The notes: generated by a model not told the origin, from the sequence alone. A stretch of 64,000 nt of DNA from Candidatus Woesearchaeota archaeon (GCA_030156615.1 JASGME010000002.1:7085-71084); one strand, 5' to 3'. Positions 19,511 to 29,307 are shown, counted from the stretch's first letter. Program-made: numbers and translations.

Positions 19511-19894
19511 ATGATAATAACTAAAAAGAGACCTTATAATGGGATAAAGAAGGAGTTATCTAAAAAAGATAAGATTGGGGTAATATCGTGCAATGCCTGT
19601 GCAAGAATGTGCAAAACAGGAGGCAGAGAAGCCCTTGAAGAGCTTGCCGGGAAACTAAAGAATGATGGATTTGAAGTCGTTGATATGGACCTCATAGGAA
19701 CACCATGCAATATTGATATGCTTCAGAAGAATCAATTGCATGGGAATGCTCAAGTGGCTCTCTGCTGTGATGCAGGCATAGAAAATCTAAAACAGATTTT
19801 TCCAAAGAACAAGATAATTCCTGCTTTGAAGACGATTGGATTAGGGGCATATAATAACAAAGGGAAAATATGGCTTATCAGAGAATTCAAATAA
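19511..19894 (+). CDS. Small Cys-containing hypothetical protein (CxxC...C...CC)
   Basis: 127 aa: 'GVISCNACARMCKTGG', 'GTPCNIDML', 'ALCCDAGIENL'. Possibly a metal/Fe-S-binding partner of the upstream module. No family recognised. Confidence 0.5.
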   Translation: MIITKKRPYNGIKKELSKKDKIGVISCNACARMCKTGGREALEELAGKLKNDGFEVVDMDLIGTPCNIDMLQKNQLHGNAQVALCCDAGIENLKQIFPKNKIIPALKTIGLGAYNNKGKIWLIREFK

Positions 19895-19986
19895 AAGAAT
19901 TGTCAATTTTTAAAATAAAGGATTGCTTCCAAAAGGTTTAAATACTAAATAAATTAGACTTGATTAATACCAAGTATCAATGATAG

Positions 19987-20259
19987 GTGAACAAGATGGT
20001 CGATGAGGATAGGAAATTTTCAAAAAAGATTCTTGGATTAACAATCATTAGCAAGACAGGTAGGAAATTTGGTGAGGTTGGGGATTTAGTATTTGAAACA
20101 AAATCAGGAGAATTAATACATCTTCAGGTGCAGAATCCAACACCTTATGCACAAAAGCTTGATTTAGAGAAGAGCAAGGAGGGAGATTTATTAATTCCTT
20201 TCAATGCTGTGCTTGCTATAGGAGATATGGTTGTTGTATCTGAAGAGGACATTATTTAA
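19987..20259 (+). CDS. PRC-barrel domain protein
   Basis: 90 aa: 'ISKTGRKFGEVGDLVFETKSGELIHLQV ... LLIPFNAVLAIGDMVVV' fits the PRC-barrel pattern. Confidence 0.55.
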   Translation: MNKMVDEDRKFSKKILGLTIISKTGRKFGEVGDLVFETKSGELIHLQVQNPTPYAQKLDLEKSKEGDLLIPFNAVLAIGDMVVVSEEDII

Positions 20260-20285
20260 TCCAATCAATTTTTCCTTTTTCTAAA

Positions 20286-21260
20286 ATGGTAGAAGAGTTT
20301 AAGAGTGAGATTTGGATTGAGAAATATAGACCTAAAAGCTTTGATGATGTTAAGGGACAAGAACACATAGTTGAAAAATTGAGAGGCTTTGTTGATAAAA
20401 AAAACATGCCACATCTTCTTTTTGCAGGACCTGCTGGTGTTGGTAAGACTACATTAGCTGTTGTTACGGCAAAAACATTGTTTAAGGAGAACTGGCGAAG
20501 CAACTTTATGGAGTTAAACGCTTCTGATGAGAGGGGCATAGATGTTATAAGAAATAAGGTAAAGGACTTTGCAAGAACAAGAGCTATAGGCGATTTGCCT
20601 TTTAAGATAATATACCTTGATGAAAGCGATGCTCTTACAAGGGATGCTCAACAGGCTTTAAGACGAATAATGGAGAATTATACAAGGACATGCAGGTTTA
20701 TTCTTGCGTGCAATTATTCCAGCATGATTATAGATCCTATACAATCAAGGTGCGCTCTTTTCAGATTCAGGCCTTTATCTAAAGAAAATATTTTTGAAAT
20801 AATTGAAAAGATAGCTAAAGCAGAATCTATTGTTGTAACAGATGATGCAAAAGAGGCACTATATAAGGTTTCTCAGGGAGATTGCAGAAAACTTGAAAAT
20901 ATAATGCAGGCATGCAATGCAATATCAAATAAGATAGGTGAGAATCTTGTTTATTCAATAAGTTCTACTGCAAGGCCAGAAGAAATCAAGAAGATAATTT
21001 CATTGGCCATGAATAACAGATTTATTGAAGCAAGAGACCTCCTTATAGATACTATGCTTCAATACGGCCTCTCAGGTATAGATATTGTGAAACAGATTCA
21101 GAGTGAGGCTGTAAATATGGATGGCATAGAAGATAAAGAAAGACTTGAAGTTATAAGATATTGTGGAGAGGTTGAATTCAGACTTGTAGAAGGCTCTGAT
21201 CCTGTAATTCAGTTAGAAGCCCTCTTAGCCAAGATAGCGACTATTAATCAAAACAAATAG
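20286..21260 (+). CDS. rfcS: Replication factor C small subunit
   Basis: 'IEKYRPKSFDDVKGQEHIV', Walker A 'GPAGVGKTT', 'IIYLDESDALT' (DEAD-like), 'SRCALFRF' sensor motif. 324 aa. Confidence 0.9.
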   Translation: MVEEFKSEIWIEKYRPKSFDDVKGQEHIVEKLRGFVDKKNMPHLLFAGPAGVGKTTLAVVTAKTLFKENWRSNFMELNASDERGIDVIRNKVKDFARTRAIGDLPFKIIYLDESDALTRDAQQALRRIMENYTRTCRFILACNYSSMIIDPIQSRCALFRFRPLSKENIFEIIEKIAKAESIVVTDDAKEALYKVSQGDCRKLENIMQACNAISNKIGENLVYSISSTARPEEIKKIISLAMNNRFIEARDLLIDTMLQYGLSGIDIVKQIQSEAVNMDGIEDKERLEVIRYCGEVEFRLVEGSDPVIQLEALLAKIATINQNK

Positions 21261-21287
21261 AAAAAAAAACATTAAAAAATTATTTCT

Positions 21288-22253
21288 TCAGTCAAAACCT
21301 GAACTTGAACGGACTTCCAGCTGAGTTGATGTAGTATCAGAGTAATCATATTCAACCGTTATTGGAAGAACTTTCACATAATCACCTGCTGCTGAATCAG
21401 CTACCTCAATATTACATCTTACTGATACTAATCCGCCAGAGATTATTCTGGTTGCAAATGATTGACCTGCAGGAACACCATTACATTCTATATTGACTGA
21501 ATCCCATCCCCAATTCACAGGATCTCCTACTGTAACTCTCACCACTCCTTTTGAAGAAAACGAAGATGAGTCACAATCTTCTCCGAGTTTATATATTCCT
21601 CCATTTCCTACATGCTTAATTTCTATTGAAAGAGAATATCTGTTATCTCCTAAAGCCTTCTGAGTTACAGACGATATTTGAACAGGAGCTCCTGAGGAAT
21701 ATACTGGCCTTGCGCCGTTTGGATTACAAACTCTTGTATCGGTAGGATTCTCTGCTATGCAAATAACAGATTCTGCATTTGTTTCATAAGGATAACAAAT
21801 GTCAGCATAGATAGGCATATTCAATCTGGTGTTTATTGATGGAACATATTTAAGTGGGCCAAAAGAGACATCCGCTATATCTCCTGACACGACTTGATTA
21901 TCTATCTTATCTTTTCCTGAGAGTCCGGTATCAATAACCTTGCGCAGATCACTCTCCATTATACCAAAATCTCTATAAGAAAAGCCCGATAAAGAAACAA
22001 CTGCTGAATTCGGAGGGATATCATATTCCCCAAGATTTTCTACCCTCAAAGAAACGAAAATCTCGTTATTTCCTTGATCATATAAAACATAGCCTTCTTC
22101 AGGGATAATCCAGTTCATCACTAAGCCAGAAGTACCACCTATAAAACCGCTCTTGCTTCCTTCCTCGCCAGTTGGTTGAGTGCCGCATCCAGTTAATAGC
22201 ACTAATAGAACAAAAAGAATCCCTAGCCTATAGTATGATTTCATTATTTCCAC
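21288..22253 (-). CDS. Secreted putative lipoprotein (paralog family 1 of 3)
   Basis: Signal peptide ending in lipobox 'LLTGC'. Shares a C-terminal region with 23105..24028 and 24080..25045 ('...GAPVQISSV' / 'GQGAPVEFREV' / 'GQGAPINVVSV'). Confidence 0.6.
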   Translation of the reverse strand: MEIMKSYYRLGILFVLLVLLTGCGTQPTGEEGSKSGFIGGTSGLVMNWIIPEEGYVLYDQGNNEIFVSLRVENLGEYDIPPNSAVVSLSGFSYRDFGIMESDLRKVIDTGLSGKDKIDNQVVSGDIADVSFGPLKYVPSINTRLNMPIYADICYPYETNAESVICIAENPTDTRVCNPNGARPVYSSGAPVQISSVTQKALGDNRYSLSIEIKHVGNGGIYKLGEDCDSSSFSSKGVVRVTVGDPVNWGWDSVNIECNGVPAGQSFATRIISGGLVSVRCNIEVADSAAGDYVKVLPITVEYDYSDTTSTQLEVRSSSGFD

Positions 22254-22362
22254 CCGTTAATTTTTGTATTATTTTTTATTTCTGATTGCTATATTCAATT
22301 TATCTAAAAAGAGTTTATATATTTTTCTGTTTATTGGGCTGTAAAATAAGTTATATCGTGCA

Positions 22363-22965
22363 TTATTTCTTTATCTTTTCATTTTTCTTCGAAGAATGTG
22401 CCAAATGTTTTAACTCCCCAATAGAAAAGTCCTTTAGTTTAAAGCTTTCATCTAAATCAAAATAGCTTATTGCACAAAAACCTGTCTTAAAATGAACATT
22501 TTCTTCTTCAGGCAAGCTTAAGAAAAGCATTATCAAATCAGAAATAAATCCTGCATGAGAAACGATTAACAAATTCTTTGCATTTTCTTTTTTTAACTTC
22601 TCACAAAATATTTTTGCTCTTTCATAAGCATCTTCTCTATTTTCCCCTCCTTCTGGTCTAAATTCATCTTTAGATAAGCCTGAATTTTCAATAGCTTCCT
22701 TAAATTCTCTATCAGATTTCCCTTCAAATATCCCTAACTCTTGTTCGTTAACATCTTGTGTATATTCTACAGAACATTCTTGATATCTTAATATTGGCTT
22801 TAATGTTTCTTTAGTCCTGTTCTTATATCCGCAAATTATTTTATCCAACTTTATTGTTTTAAAAAAATCTGCGGTTCTTCTCGCCTGCTCTTTTCCAATC
22901 TCAGTTAAACTATCCTGCTTTTCACAATGTCCTCTTTGACTATGCCTTAATAGATAAATTTTCAT
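22363..22965 (-). CDS. Histidine phosphatase superfamily protein
   Basis: 'IYLLRHSQRGH' RH(S/G) motif and 'VSHAGFI' second His block. Confidence 0.7.
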   Translation of the reverse strand: MKIYLLRHSQRGHCEKQDSLTEIGKEQARRTADFFKTIKLDKIICGYKNRTKETLKPILRYQECSVEYTQDVNEQELGIFEGKSDREFKEAIENSGLSKDEFRPEGGENREDAYERAKIFCEKLKKENAKNLLIVSHAGFISDLIMLFLSLPEEENVHFKTGFCAISYFDLDESFKLKDFSIGELKHLAHSSKKNEKIKK

Positions 22966-23104
22966 ACTTCACTAAAAGAATAGTTTATTATATAAGTCTA
23001 ATGTCTTATAAAATCATAGATAATCTCATGCCTTTTAACAAGATCAAATTCATCAAATGATAAATCAGACAGCATGATTTCTATTTTTCCTTTTATATTT
23101 CAGA

Positions 23105-24028
23105 TTAAGATTCTTTAAGGAATGTTGCTTTAATTGGGATTGATGTTGAATCAACGTAGATATAATCAACAGTCAGGGTTAACAATCCAGAATAGGGACC
23201 ATCATTTTGAACAGGTTCTCCAAAGCTGCAAAATACATATGTTCCCTGAGAATCAACCTTTGCATTTCTTGGTGAGCATTCAATGGTTTTACCTTCAAAT
23301 GTTGCTCTAACTGTTAGCCTATATGCATCTTTGTTCTCCGAATTCAAAAAAGAACATTGTTGAAGATGAGAAAATCCAAAGAACTTTTCTGGGAATGGAA
23401 TGCCCTTGCCGGCATTTCTAACAAAAACCTGAAATCCTAGTTCGTTTGGTGTTACAACAGGAAGCACTTCTCTAAATTCAACTGGAGCCCCTTGTCCTCC
23501 CGAGAAGCTTAATCTTTGCATCTTACACCCATTAGATTCACCTTGCGAGGGGTCTATGCAAACAATAGTTGATAGCTCAGTTGTATATTTATAGCAATAT
23601 TTAACGAACAGATTCATAGAATACTCAAAATCTTGATCTCGCGACAAAAAAGGAAGATTTATGCTGCCATCAACGGCAATAGAATACGAATCTGGAAGTT
23701 GGTCTGAACTTTCCCTTCCATATAAGACATCATCTCGACTATACAAAGAATTTTGTTCATTCAGATTAAATAAACTTGGATCATAGCCAGAATATGTTAT
23801 ATAAAGATCTTCTGCAGACACATCGGAACTGCCATAATTTATAATATCAAGAATCAGTTCAAAATTAATATTAGAAGAAGTTGTATAAGGATTTTGGTTC
23901 AACATCTTTCCTGTAATCTCTATGCCTTTAGTGCCTAGAGTTGCTTGTGAGGTTTGTTGTTGACAGCCACTTATCAGAAGTGAAGCTAATAATAAAAATG
24001 ATATTAGCATTTGTTTTAATTTTTCCAT
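23105..24028 (-). CDS. Secreted putative lipoprotein (paralog family 2 of 3)
   Basis: Signal peptide with lipobox 'LLISGC'. Paralogous to 21288..22253 and 24080..25045. Confidence 0.6.
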   Translation of the reverse strand: MEKLKQMLISFLLLASLLISGCQQQTSQATLGTKGIEITGKMLNQNPYTTSSNINFELILDIINYGSSDVSAEDLYITYSGYDPSLFNLNEQNSLYSRDDVLYGRESSDQLPDSYSIAVDGSINLPFLSRDQDFEYSMNLFVKYCYKYTTELSTIVCIDPSQGESNGCKMQRLSFSGGQGAPVEFREVLPVVTPNELGFQVFVRNAGKGIPFPEKFFGFSHLQQCSFLNSENKDAYRLTVRATFEGKTIECSPRNAKVDSQGTYVFCSFGEPVQNDGPYSGLLTLTVDYIYVDSTSIPIKATFLKES

Positions 24029-24079
24029 AGCAGATTATTAAATAAAGAAGTTTAAAAAGCTTTGGGAAAGAATTGAAAA

Positions 24080-25045
24080 TCAATGTTTAACTATCCTTAC
24101 CGGAATATTTGTTTGAGCGTAATAACCATAAGCAAGGGGAATTTCTAAGATTGTAGTATAAGAGGCAACATCTTCTTCAAAGACTGCTGTGCACAGGATT
24201 TTGGCTTCATTATTAACAAAAGGAATGGTTTTATAACCAAATCCAAGACCTTCACAATCAAAAGAAATTCCATGCCTAGAAGTGCCCATGAGTATATCGC
24301 CTAATTTTATATTCCCTACAATAATTCTATTCATTTTTGCATCTTCTGGCATTTGTCCTGTTTCACAATAATTGAACGGACTTGGAACAGCGGAGCCTAT
24401 TGGAATTGGTGTTCCTTGCATCATATTCCTTAGTGTAATGACGAATTCAACTTTTCTCTTGCCATTTTCTTCTAAATATGTATTCTGCTCAACTGAAACA
24501 ACATTTATTGGGGCTCCCTGCCCGATTGAAGATATAGACCTAAATGTGCAGGCCTTTTGGTTTGAAGGCAATTCTGGATGAGTATCTATGCAGATTGATG
24601 TTTTAAACACCGTTGAATATGAGTAGCAGAGCAGCATTTCAATATTTGCGATTTTAGATTCTGTTAATGGATCTAAATAAGGAACAACATTTATGCTGTA
24701 TGCTTCTTCAGGCTGGGCAGTAGATATCGCTGATCTTCCATCGAGATTAAAAGAGAATGATTTTGAGACGGATGTCCCTATTGGATCTTTAAATTCAAGA
24801 AATGATGAGGTTCCTTTAACAACAACAACGCCAGAAGCAGGATAATTCCCTGTATTTTTTATCTTAAAAGTTAGAGGAAAGATTTTGCCTCGAATGGCTG
24901 TTGATGGCAAGGTATTCCTGTCAATCTCTATTTCTATTCCCCCTTTGTATTCTTTAATTTCTGGTTCATCATTGCCATTTTGTTGACAAGAAGGGAGAAA
25001 TAATAGAGAAAGGAACACTAAGGCAACCAAAATCTTGATTTTCAT
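24080..25045 (-). CDS. Secreted putative lipoprotein (paralog family 3 of 3)
   Basis: Signal peptide with 'FLPSC' lipobox-like motif. Conserved C-terminal block shared with the two neighbours. Confidence 0.6.
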   Translation of the reverse strand: MKIKILVALVFLSLLFLPSCQQNGNDEPEIKEYKGGIEIEIDRNTLPSTAIRGKIFPLTFKIKNTGNYPASGVVVVKGTSSFLEFKDPIGTSVSKSFSFNLDGRSAISTAQPEEAYSINVVPYLDPLTESKIANIEMLLCYSYSTVFKTSICIDTHPELPSNQKACTFRSISSIGQGAPINVVSVEQNTYLEENGKRKVEFVITLRNMMQGTPIPIGSAVPSPFNYCETGQMPEDAKMNRIIVGNIKLGDILMGTSRHGISFDCEGLGFGYKTIPFVNNEAKILCTAVFEEDVASYTTILEIPLAYGYYAQTNIPVRIVKH

Positions 25046-25132
25046 ATTTCTTTTGTTAACTTTCTCATATATATTTATTTCTTTTTAAATTCAAAGCCCA
25101 ACTTAAAGAAAAAGAATTAAAAAAAGAAAAAA

Positions 25133-25609
25133 TCAAAGAAGCGAGATTAATTCCTTGCTTGATAAAAAGCCCTCTCTCTTTATATCTGAAGTAATGTAAT
25201 GAACATCCATTCTTTTAAATTCAAACTGCTCTTCTAAGTTGTCTATGAATTCTTCTGCCTCTTCAATAGATTTGAAGACTGCTTCAAAAAGGAAATCAAA
25301 TCCGTTGTTGATTTTATAGAGATTGTTAACATTCTCGTGATTTTGTAGATATTTCTTTAAGGCATCTCTTTGTGACGAAGAAACCTTTAACATAATATTT
25401 ACTCTGACTTTGTAACCAAATGCCGCGAAGTTAATTATGCTTGTATGTCTTTCAATCAGCTTGTTCTCCTCAAAATGCTTCAATCTGTCATATAGCGTTG
25501 AAACAGGGATCCTTGTTTGCTTGCTCATCTTTGTTAGCGGTTCTCTTGAGTTATTTCTAAGCTGGCATAACAAAAGCATATCCCTTTTTGGTAATTTCAT
25601 ATTTATCAC
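25133..25609 (-). CDS. Lrp/AsnC family transcriptional regulator
   Basis: HTH 'SREPLTKMSKQTRIPVSTLYDRLKHFEENKLI' plus C-terminal RAM-like domain. Probable true start at the MKLPKRD Met (25597). Confidence 0.8.
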   Translation of the reverse strand: MINMKLPKRDMLLLCQLRNNSREPLTKMSKQTRIPVSTLYDRLKHFEENKLIERHTSIINFAAFGYKVRVNIMLKVSSSQRDALKKYLQNHENVNNLYKINNGFDFLFEAVFKSIEEAEEFIDNLEEQFEFKRMDVHYITSDIKREGFLSSKELISLL

Positions 25610-25740
25610 CTCTTTCTAATAAAAGACATGTGGAGAATATATTTTTGATTGATATAAAATTAATACAAACTATAAAAATTCATAAAACATAAAAAACACA
25701 AAAAATATAAGAAGTATATATCTTGATTTAAATAGATAAA

Positions 25741-26658
25741 ATGATATTTAGAAGTGTACTCAGGCTTGGAGAGAACACCTTTGTGATTTCTCTGCCTAAA
25801 CAATGGGTTGAGGAAAACGGCATCAATAAAGGAGATCAGCTGAATGTTAGGGCAAGGGAAGGCGAGATTTCTTTCTCTTTGTTTGAAGAGAGAACAGTTG
25901 GAAGAGTAGAGATTGATTTAAGAAACAGAAGCAAGAGTGCCTGCTGGAAAGCTATATTCGCTTCTTATATAAAAGGTTATGAAGAGATTGTTTTAAAAGT
26001 CAAAGATGAGCAGGTCCCTTTGATAGAATACATCTCAAATCAATTAATCGGGATGACCATCAGCAGTAAGAAAGATGACTTGATTATATTAAGAGAACTA
26101 TCAAAAGGTAATGAGAAGGAATTAGAAGGAATCTTTAGAAAGATATACCTGCTTGAAAAGGATGTTATAAGAGTAAGAATTGAGGCTTTGCATCAGAGGG
26201 ATTTTGAGACATTAAAGAAAACACAAGAGGTTGACTGGACTGTAAACAAATTTGTTCTCTTTTGCTTGCGAATTGTGAATAAGTCAACAGAGCTTGACTC
26301 AAACGAGAAAATTTTTTATTACACTGCCCTAACAAAATTTGAACAATTAGGAGATGTTTTTGCAGATTTTTTTGTGAAGACTGGAAAGGATAGGATTGCA
26401 TTAACATCTGAAGAAGAAAGAATTCTCAAGAAAATATTTAGTTTGATTGAAGAGTTAAGTATAATTGTTTATAAGCCACAACTTGATAAGATATTGAACA
26501 CTTATGAAGAGAGAAAGAGACTGGAAGGGGAATGCGATATCCTGAATGATAATTTTGTTAAGGCATATTTTCAACGGATGTTGAAAGAAATTGGAAATCT
26601 TATTGAAGCAGTATTGCCATCTTGCATAGAACCGAAGGACATGAGACGCAAGTATTAA
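25741..26658 (+). CDS. Archaeal PhoU-like regulator with N-terminal SpoVT/AbrB domain
   Basis: 'FVISLPKQWVEENGINKGDQLNV' resembles the AbrB swapped-hairpin N-terminus of archaeal PhoU homologs. About 300 aa with a helical remainder. Confidence 0.5.
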   Translation: MIFRSVLRLGENTFVISLPKQWVEENGINKGDQLNVRAREGEISFSLFEERTVGRVEIDLRNRSKSACWKAIFASYIKGYEEIVLKVKDEQVPLIEYISNQLIGMTISSKKDDLIILRELSKGNEKELEGIFRKIYLLEKDVIRVRIEALHQRDFETLKKTQEVDWTVNKFVLFCLRIVNKSTELDSNEKIFYYTALTKFEQLGDVFADFFVKTGKDRIALTSEEERILKKIFSLIEELSIIVYKPQLDKILNTYEERKRLEGECDILNDNFVKAYFQRMLKEIGNLIEAVLPSCIEPKDMRRKY

Positions 26659-26683
26659 ATAAGTATATTCTTTCTTCATCAGA

Positions 26684-27178
26684 ATGATTATTTTGATTAG
26701 TGGAACCCCGGGAACTGGAAAAAGTGAACTGGCTAAGAAGGTTGCTGATTCAATAAATGCTTTAAACATTAATATAACTGATTTTGTTAAAGAGCACGAC
26801 TTATCTGAAGGATACGATGAAATCAGGGAATGCCTAATTGTTGATGAAGACAAACTGGCAAATTTTGTTTCAGACTGGCTTAAAAGCATTAACGAAAAAG
26901 ATATAATTATAGAAGGGCATTTAGTTCATTTCCTTAAGGGAGATTTTGTAGTAGTAATAAGATGTTCTGTTGATGAACTATACAAGAGATTAAAATCAAG
27001 AGGATATAATGAGAATAAAATAAAGGAGAACATAGAAGCTGAGATCTTCGGAATATGCGAAGAAGAAGCTATGATGAGGAATAAGGAGATTTTAATTTTA
27101 GATAGTTCAAAAGAAACTATTGATGAGATGACAAAGAAGGTTTTGTATAAGCTTGAGAAGATGAAAAATGGCAATTGA
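26684..27178 (+). CDS. Fap7/adenylate-kinase-6-like NTPase
   Basis: 'IILISGTPGTGKSELAK' P-loop, about 165 aa, 'RGYNENKIKENIEAEIFGICEEEA' C-terminal block like AK6/Fap7. Confidence 0.7.
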   Translation: MIILISGTPGTGKSELAKKVADSINALNINITDFVKEHDLSEGYDEIRECLIVDEDKLANFVSDWLKSINEKDIIIEGHLVHFLKGDFVVVIRCSVDELYKRLKSRGYNENKIKENIEAEIFGICEEEAMMRNKEILILDSSKETIDEMTKKVLYKLEKMKNGN

Positions 27179-28217
27179 AAAAAAGTTGTCCTGGATAGAG
27201 ATTATGGTTTTGATAAATGAGATAAAAGACAGGGTTGAAAATGCGAGAATTAACAAGATTTCTGCAAGAACGGATGAAAAAAGAATAATTTTGAATATAA
27301 AGGTTCATAAACCGCAAATCGATAGAAAAAATCTTTGTTTTTTAATCCCTGATTGTTTTTTCTTAAACAAAAAGAGCCCAGAGATGCCAACAAATCCCTT
27401 AAGAACAACTATGAGACTAAGGAAGCTTATTGATGGAGGATTTATAAGGGAAATAGAACAATGCGGTTCTGAGAGAGTAATTAAGATGGAGATAGATGCA
27501 AAAGAGAGGTATGTGCTTTTTATTGAATTCATTCCTCCGGGGAACATCATTCTGACTAATAAAGATGGAGAAATCTTGTTTGCCCATTCAAATCAGGAGT
27601 GGAAAGACAGAAAGATAAGCAAGGGTGAGAGATATGAACTGCCTTCTGATGATGATTTCAGAAATATAAAAATGGATGAATTTTTGAATGATATGAAAAA
27701 GCATGATTCTGAGGTTGTTATCGCTCTTGCTAAAGGTTTGAGGGTTGGAGGGGAGTATGCAGAAGAGATTTTGTATAGAGCAGGGATAAATAAGGAATTA
27801 AAACCAACAGAGCTGAATGAATCTGCGCTAATTAAGATATTCGAAGAATTCAAAAAAATGCTGACTGAAGATAGTGCAGGCTACTACTACGAAGAAGGAT
27901 TATTCCCTTTCACGATGAAAAAGTTTGGGAATGTATTAAAAAGATACGACAGCTTTAACGAAGCCCTTGACGATTTATGCTTTCCTTCTTTTGAAAAAAA
28001 ATCCAAGGAAGAAAGAGAAGTTGAGAAACTTAAGAAAATAATTGAAGAACAGGAGAAAAGAATAAAGGAACTTGATGAAGAAAGGGAAAATCTTATTGAC
28101 AAAGGAAACAAGATATATGAAAATTACTCAGAGATTTTAGAGATAATGAAAAAAGAGAAGAGTTCGGGCAAAAGAAGAATAAAGATTGATTTGGATGAGC
28201 TCAAAAAATCATCATAA
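27168..28217 (+). CDS. NFACT-N (FbpA/RqcH N-terminal) domain protein, truncated form
   Basis: 'KISARTDEKRIILNIKV', 'PTNPLRTTMRLRKLIDGGFIREIEQCGSERVIKMEI', 'LFIEFIPPGNIILTNKDGEIL' and HhH-like 'GGEYAEEILYRAGINKE' follow the NFACT-N + HhH pattern. It is followed only by a coiled coil, with no NFACT-R or -C domains. Confidence 0.5.
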   Translation: MAIEKKLSWIEIMVLINEIKDRVENARINKISARTDEKRIILNIKVHKPQIDRKNLCFLIPDCFFLNKKSPEMPTNPLRTTMRLRKLIDGGFIREIEQCGSERVIKMEIDAKERYVLFIEFIPPGNIILTNKDGEILFAHSNQEWKDRKISKGERYELPSDDDFRNIKMDEFLNDMKKHDSEVVIALAKGLRVGGEYAEEILYRAGINKELKPTELNESALIKIFEEFKKMLTEDSAGYYYEEGLFPFTMKKFGNVLKRYDSFNEALDDLCFPSFEKKSKEEREVEKLKKIIEEQEKRIKELDEERENLIDKGNKIYENYSEILEIMKKEKSSGKRRIKIDLDELKKSS

Positions 28218-28716
28218 CTACCACTCTTTGTATCTTATTAAAACGCACTTTTTCAGGGTCCCGCTCATCAAGAGCATCTCCTTCAAAATAAGCATACCAC
28301 CCCTGCTCATCATAGCCAGTCTCAACAACCCTGTGTATGATTACTGTATTTGCAATGTTTGAGTAATAAGATGCAATGTCTCCAACATGTACCTCTTCAG
28401 GAGACTCGGGAACAATCTCAATTGCATTTGCCTCCGAATCAAAGGTTGGTTTCATTGAGTCTGTATCTGTAAACCTCGCGATTACAGGAGAATCAACCGA
28501 AACAATTACTTTATCTTCATAAATCCTTATGTCTTCTTTTTGCAATCTTGAATCTGAAAAAGATGATATTTTTAATTTAGCATTAGAAGAATCCAATTCA
28601 AGAGGAGATTCTAATGAATTCATAGTTCCAAATGATTTTGTGATAGCAATCGTTGCGATAATTACACAGACAAATACAAAGATGTATTTCTTTTTCATAG
28701 CCCTTTGGAAATACAT
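28201..28716 (-). CDS. Signal peptidase I (archaeal/eukaryotic Sec11-type, S26B)
   Basis: N-terminal TM, catalytic Ser box 'TDSMKPTF', downstream His in 'VIIHRV'. About 170 aa. Confidence 0.6.
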   Translation of the reverse strand: MYFQRAMKKKYIFVFVCVIIATIAITKSFGTMNSLESPLELDSSNAKLKISSFSDSRLQKEDIRIYEDKVIVSVDSPVIARFTDTDSMKPTFDSEANAIEIVPESPEEVHVGDIASYYSNIANTVIIHRVVETGYDEQGWYAYFEGDALDERDPEKVRFNKIQRVVVMMIF

Positions 28717-28792
28717 TCAACTAAAAAGGATTGGGATTAAAAATAATGATTTTCTTCTAAAAAACATCAGAAAGATTAAATAAAAGCAATAT

Positions 28793-29191
28793 TTAGAAAT
28801 CTTTGAAGGATTTTCTCAACTCTTCTGCAAGAATCTTTAATTCTTCTGGATTGCCCTCTTTAGAATTTGCAGGATTTAGTTCTCCTGCTACATTTATAGG
28901 AACGAGATGAATATGAACATGTTCAACTTCAAGTCCTTCAATGATCAAGCCGATTCGTTTTGCTTTGAAAAATCTTCTTAGAGGATAAGATAGCTGCTTT
29001 GCTGTTTTCATCAGCTTAATATATTCATCTTCAGGTATTTCAAATACATAAGAATAATGTCTCTTCGGGATTAGTAAAAGATGCCCTTTCATTATCGGTT
29101 TTATGTCCAAAAAGGCAAGGAATTCTTCGTTTTCCCAAACCTTATATGCAGGAATTTTACCTTTTGCAATATTACAAAATACGCATTCCAT
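28793..29191 (-). CDS. HIT family hydrolase
   Basis: 'GHLLLIPKRH' and histidine triad 'HVHIHLVP'. Confidence 0.85.
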   Translation of the reverse strand: MECVFCNIAKGKIPAYKVWENEEFLAFLDIKPIMKGHLLLIPKRHYSYVFEIPEDEYIKLMKTAKQLSYPLRRFFKAKRIGLIIEGLEVEHVHIHLVPINVAGELNPANSKEGNPEELKILAEELRKSFKDF

Positions 29192-29307
29192 TTTGCCATA
29201 AAGAATAATTGAGATTTTTAAAATTTTCTAAAGGACAGCCAGCAGAACCAACCCGAAAAGACAAATCAAGAGAAAAACGAAAGGTTTATTAATAGATTAA
29301 TCCTAAA

